A DNA stretch of 64,000 nt, from the NCBI GenBank assembly GCA_036336855.1, contig JAYZFI010000052.1, positions 73,178 through 137,177 on the forward strand, given 5' to 3'. The position numbers and the translations under genes were made by a program. The stretch comes from Candidatus Latescibacterota bacterium (lineage in GTDB: Bacteria > Latescibacterota > UBA2968 > UBA8231). The notes below the pieces were generated by a model. It did not search any database and was not told the origin of the DNA. It saw only the letters and a program-made list of their open reading frames with translations. Below, piece by piece: positions 60,601-64,000 of this stretch. How positions within the stretch are numbered: the stretch's first letter is position 1; every line of letters begins with the position of its first letter.

Positions 60601-61974
60601 ATAGGGCTCGTCGAACTCGTTGATCTTCACCAGAAGGTGAGAGCCAGTGGGGGAGGGGCGCTGGCTGATGACGACGTAGGCGGCCTGTCGCGACGGCGCG
60701 GACATCATCTCGGCGCGCACGCGCTCGACGAGCAGCAGGCGATCGTGAGCCGAACGTGCCGCCACTCCGTCTGCGACGGTGGGCAGGCTGGTGCTGGCGA
60801 GTTCGTCACCGTGGTCTTCAACCCGGGCCCGGGCCTGATGCAGTTGCCGCAATAGCTCGTCTCGCTGGGCATCGAGGACGGCCTCTTCGAAGCGCTCGCA
60901 CGCCCCCTCCAGCTGGATCAGTGGGATCTCCTCCGCAGAAGTGAGCAGAATTTCGAGTTCGAGGGCTTGACTCTGCAGAGCCGGTGATCCGGCGCTGGCT
61001 TTGCGGATTTCCACGGCCAGCACGGGCCAGCGAGGCAACGGAGAAACCAGCACGGAGTCGGCGAACAACGTCCCCTGATTGTGGAAGGCCCGGCTCATGC
61101 GGCCAAACACGAGCTGCTCGCCAGCCTCTCGCACTTCGGCCGTGAGGCATCGGATGTTATCGCCCTCTACCTCAGCGTCGTAGTCGCGGAGTACGTCGAA
61201 CAGCAGGAAGCGTTTGTCGTCGACTTCGATGTCACTGTCGAGAATCTCAATGGCACGGGCGCGGTCATACGGCAGGTCGAATCGATCCTGGCCGAGGAGC
61301 CAGGTCACATGGCGGTCGCGCTCCTGGGGCTCTGAGTCGGAGCTGCGCCGCAAGTACAGGGAGAACAGATTGCCTGAGTCGAGCAGCTGGCCTTCAAGTA
61401 GACCGTGTATGAGCACGCGATCCGTACGATCCAGAACGGCGTAGAGGTCGGTGACCCAGTGCAGCGCCGCCCGTTGGCTCTTGCCAGCGGCGACGGCGAG
61501 CTGATGAAACTGGGCAAGGGCGAGAATGAGCTCGAGGCCGCGCAGGCGCTCCGGCGCCAACGCCGTGGGGTCGTCGGTGATCTCTTCCAGCGAGAGACCG
61601 AGCTCGGGAGCCACATCGACGGAAACCCGAAACGCGCCGTCGGCATCGAGGCTGACCAAACGATCACCCCCGTGAACGAAGCGAACGGCGTGCTCACTAT
61701 CGTTCAGTTGTGCGCCGAGCTCAGTGACGCGCTCGGCGTCGGAGAAGCGGCGGGAGACCAGCTGCCAGGCGCGTGTGCACAGCTGTGCCGCCAGTTGACA
61801 ATCGGCGGAAGCGGTGTCCTCGAGGGCTATACTGGTGTCGGTGAAGGGGCGGGGGCCGAATCGCAAGATGCCTTCGGCGGCGACCTTGCCCGGCCCCCGG
61901 CGACCGCGCCAGATGCCGGCGCGCGGATTGTAACTGGCGACGAGACGGAGGGGAAAGTCGTGATTAACCAACAT
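54610..61974 (-). CDS. giant (2454 aa) multidomain protein: UDP-glucose/NDP-sugar dehydrogenase-like core plus C-terminal ATP-grasp-like domain, remainder unassigned
   Basis: Single uninterrupted ORF. UGDH-family motif order near nt 58300..59240: LLYTPSRVDLG, EVLKTGENASMASHFAFSNSLALMVN, GYGGYCVPKDG (Cys codon 58888..58890), VAVLAAEYKPDTQDGRFS. ATP-grasp-like C-terminus near nt 54610..55600: RVIVVKDAAESGGRNQAAFVL, AIQEVI, ITNVGRGGSLEQ, VLIEPNIGVG. Confidence 0.75.
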   Translation of the reverse strand: MLVNHDFPLRLVASYNPRAGIWRGRRGPGKVAAEGILRFGPRPFTDTSIALEDTASADCQLAAQLCTRAWQLVSRRFSDAERVTELGAQLNDSEHAVRFVHGGDRLVSLDADGAFRVSVDVAPELGLSLEEITDDPTALAPERLRGLELILALAQFHQLAVAAGKSQRAALHWVTDLYAVLDRTDRVLIHGLLEGQLLDSGNLFSLYLRRSSDSEPQERDRHVTWLLGQDRFDLPYDRARAIEILDSDIEVDDKRFLLFDVLRDYDAEVEGDNIRCLTAEVREAGEQLVFGRMSRAFHNQGTLFADSVLVSPLPRWPVLAVEIRKASAGSPALQSQALELEILLTSAEEIPLIQLEGACERFEEAVLDAQRDELLRQLHQARARVEDHGDELASTSLPTVADGVAARSAHDRLLLVERVRAEMMSAPSRQAAYVVISQRPSPTGSHLLVKINEFDEPYLGKSENLRKLLRLAGNRVYSSPDYRWLQHADHWIEAIPLFIKEEVLVDDDGHESTRTVIDIAGMEESFREEMAEHWARNLRSVLESEFLSAARLLLWSAATDEDPLALDAEVRALDWCRQYAEATAVIATGSRVEQVYRRHVGAIQQRVEAEEEPFRALLSILFSPLCDDDRPEPATQGAQLDGNFQEVFRARRPLPVLHVLTTQSAGMTDGYVRTWLEESMSLASVVQAQGLEEAVDERIQHYRQRLRALARQIIHELGIWVEVEEAAATEDIAEEAAVSLVLGRNHAVRVEVAVLGALIELTEEDVGTQSADAVQDPPAVEELLAQPPASLVTRALHRVAERNGATLWEEVERLRKSGGIDEAAALTAVVEGDADYRQDLASFTRFVARREVLERLGEIHAADVEDRIGSYLRRYGRLTQTTARKEVLADRGLNALTLDPLHNLRATGAGKRYHLLYTPSRVDLGHRERESVETWSQWVGGADRAAARVGREIYGLINKSVRSYDSLMEPEVLKTGENASMASHFAFSNSLALMVNATRHGDIEEMGDQMSRRRDRIIHPAGEGYGGYCVPKDGLFLEFVLTLGRHEKLRQLGIPREDHARVANLSARLLDRRPEFTSDFEWEEWAAEYLADETTLREHFELRYRGVARSRIPVFQATRLARVLDNLGQPELRQTDRVTSALVARWGIHHMVAGAEHVNRFMPFFKSWLLRQGVQQARTRHPRAAPGGFVAVLAAEYKPDTQDGRFSVGMRKFEILAGTGDHLFHALDRDGQDIGSLLTEGFSVLEQRGRDRTIAELVGADPDDAFALHHLFPAPESAADLRMVSSTGLSTQDLLGYTSDSRLEKIARQARLDLNCAGFSDAEIDANMGTYGPTLDAWATATDIDADTRRRLANRLGGNIHVLALESRGPERSFEMALQGADVLDAGVPHRELLRLLENPAHIVQLMCENRPDSALVIVDGASGARRRALNRYDVQLWFAAGEAIDRQPIYLSIGVGEETVEAWRAEMRRRRRRCQCLATALTEEGHESALRLYAEIVAEVRGEQEVQRQLAEVDKLRRFGRLRERDEVLSQSLLRVAGGLPLEQLTFEDFLALGGSFLLAGAHPEEIERFRARMAKAILACGGSHWPDDAPVNLLCPAVVATPHEFREEKGIESSNKASEDRPVVALEARRQLAERISRARALNERYRAVEAAASESTSFDEAFTAAKAALGDGNSLVTESQFGAFISHTRNALLTLVRQLYVEEQIDEAQLFIEHLTALFLGRQVDVDNWRAIAGGYEDVGDFGRLAQAAVERAADEGTAQIHLDMVARGAELFYILLAVESTLPFSRAPENTDTQEIWRALADFFAETINDHFYEYRPWVYSRGVGFSSYSGEALYELAVARHDWLHRYLRLVVTQLTEVGELSVEEQDQLLGNFLSGTQVDAIGADADGPAELKWRSYGQLRELAFIRNDGFPLPEVFADFDPEIIAASARVNHIIALPVGRTHYSRALREGPSLNAELLTTGRRGANLIITRQVHLRQAGERRVAEVSSGHLYVSAEEYVTALVRCRGLSEANARSRAEAAHPKGVRLAVRFREPVLASIVYPFHGDPLYTKGEFEDCGLPYSVQSLFHTWTTYDKAKYPDIFERHPGVETPREIDWLAAFTQRAGEERTARSWIENGLPETDYPGLRSFAAQHRVIVVKDAAESGGRNQAAFVLRRPGEEAVDEKELERTVDFVYQISLRHNVAIQEVIVASPEFWATEQFLADFVHRQIVEWGSPVERRRRPHSPLYGSHRVIVSTADPLAPPEHRWQFSHFITLNSKQLITNVGRGGSLEQFLPRFVRPEHRDQLLAGLEQASASVMEALSDYAQLRAEEYQQETGREIGSDLAGVSYGTPRYMMLDFLVTPRFAEAGDLVEVELDGNGQPRFILQHLKRRRQGTVSGWRAVLIEPNIGVGLWDRVTLREEVHERTTADAEGRNFDWQQVGLQARRVLSDLSYAGEQYLQALEASS

Positions 61975-62286
61975 ACTTCCCCAAACTCTTCAGAGCGGGG
62001 TTAGGCTCCTGTCTGTTGTAGCAGGAAGCCGATGGTGACGTTCTTGACGAAAGCCCTCGGGTGAGGTTTGGCGATGAGTTTGTCCCGAAGTAATGATGAG
62101 GGGGTTGCCAATCGAGTTTCCCGTTTCGGTCACGCGTTTCTCAACTCCGACAGAGACACGGTTGTTCCAGTTACTGGAGCCCTTGAAGGGACTCCCCAGA
62201 CAGAACGCCATAAGGTAGCCGGGCAAGGAGGAGAGCGCAACGCGATATGGTTCTCCCGGAAGGTGCTGCAGGAGAGGCGAAAGTCG

Positions 62287-62325
62287 AGAAAAATAAGCCC
62301 CCACCCCGGAATCGGAGAGGGGGCT
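62287..62325 (-). terminator. rho-independent terminator after the response-regulator gene
   Basis: The minus strand reads AGCCCCC-(16 nt)-GGGGGCT followed by TATTTTTCTC, about 26 nt downstream of the stop at 62351. Confidence 0.65.
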
Positions 62326-62350
62326 GAAGAGCACGGATGAGGATCCGGAA

Positions 62351-63763
<1,413 letters not shown>

Positions 63764-63796
63764 TTGAAGTCTTCCCTGTCCTTTGCGTTGGTTGAA

Positions 63797-64000
63797 TTAC
63801 ACGGGCAGGCTGATGGTGAAACACGTTCCTTCGCCGGGGGTGCTGTCCACGGTGATCTGGCCACCGTGGGCTTCTACGATCTTGCGGGAGGTCACCAGGC
63901 CGAGGCCGGTGCCATCCTCCTTGGTGGTGAAGAAGGGGGTAAACAGCTTGTCGCGAATTTCCTCGTCGATGCCGGAGCCGGTATCGCTCACTGACACTAC
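63797..64000 (-). CDS. sensor histidine kinase, C-terminal HATPase part only (gene continues past the right edge)
   Basis: ..SDTGSGIDEEIRDKLFTPFFTTKEDGTGLGLVTSRKIVEAHGGQITVDS.. carries the G1/F/G2 boxes of HATPase_c. It ends 33 nt upstream of the response regulator. Confidence 0.85.
   Translation of the reverse strand, partial: VVSVSDTGSGIDEEIRDKLFTPFFTTKEDGTGLGLVTSRKIVEAHGGQITVDSTPGEGTCFTISLPV

Noticed and set aside
61975-62350. Sigma-54 promoter upstream of the giant gene, expected because of the adjacent NtrC-type regulator.
   Set aside because: I checked every GG dinucleotide on the minus strand for a GC 10 nt downstream. None fits, and the TGGCAA at ~62111 has AT at the -12 position.

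Overview
GC-rich chromosomal segment from a diderm (Gram-negative-type) bacterium; the phylum cannot be determined by eye. It holds about 55 densely packed protein-coding genes. I saw no rRNA, tRNA, CRISPR array or mobile element. Left to right: a partial secreted protein; the pyruvate dehydrogenase operon aceE-aceF-lpdA (minus strand); a DUF4159-like membrane protein and a LysM/TIM-barrel hydrolase-like protein; an alanine:cation symporter; a TonB-dependent receptor; a complete Na+-NQR operon nqrABCDEF-nqrM; and a complete F1Fo ATP synthase operon (AtpZ-like, AtpI-like, atpBEFHAGDC). These are followed by polyprenyl synthase, M42 peptidase, an ECF sigma factor, a SEC-C protein, rfbC, a PRTase-like gene, smc, two small orphans, DUF2203, gatC, pyrG, a 625-aa LptC/LptA-like lipoprotein, lptB, rpoN and an HpcH-type aldolase. 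Next is a convergent operon (triple RidA-like protein, split ComD/ComE-type ThDP decarboxylase, LarA-like protein) with a candidate sigma-54 promoter, then DUF2064 and fabI. The most unusual locus comes last: a tightly coupled operon encoding a 2454-aa protein (NDP-sugar-dehydrogenase-like core plus C-terminal ATP-grasp), a second ATP-grasp protein and a GHMP sugar-kinase fusion, next to a sigma-54-dependent two-component system. ORF-track starts were trimmed where motif, signal-peptide or overlap logic supported it. All functional calls come from motif recognition by eye, not from database searches.
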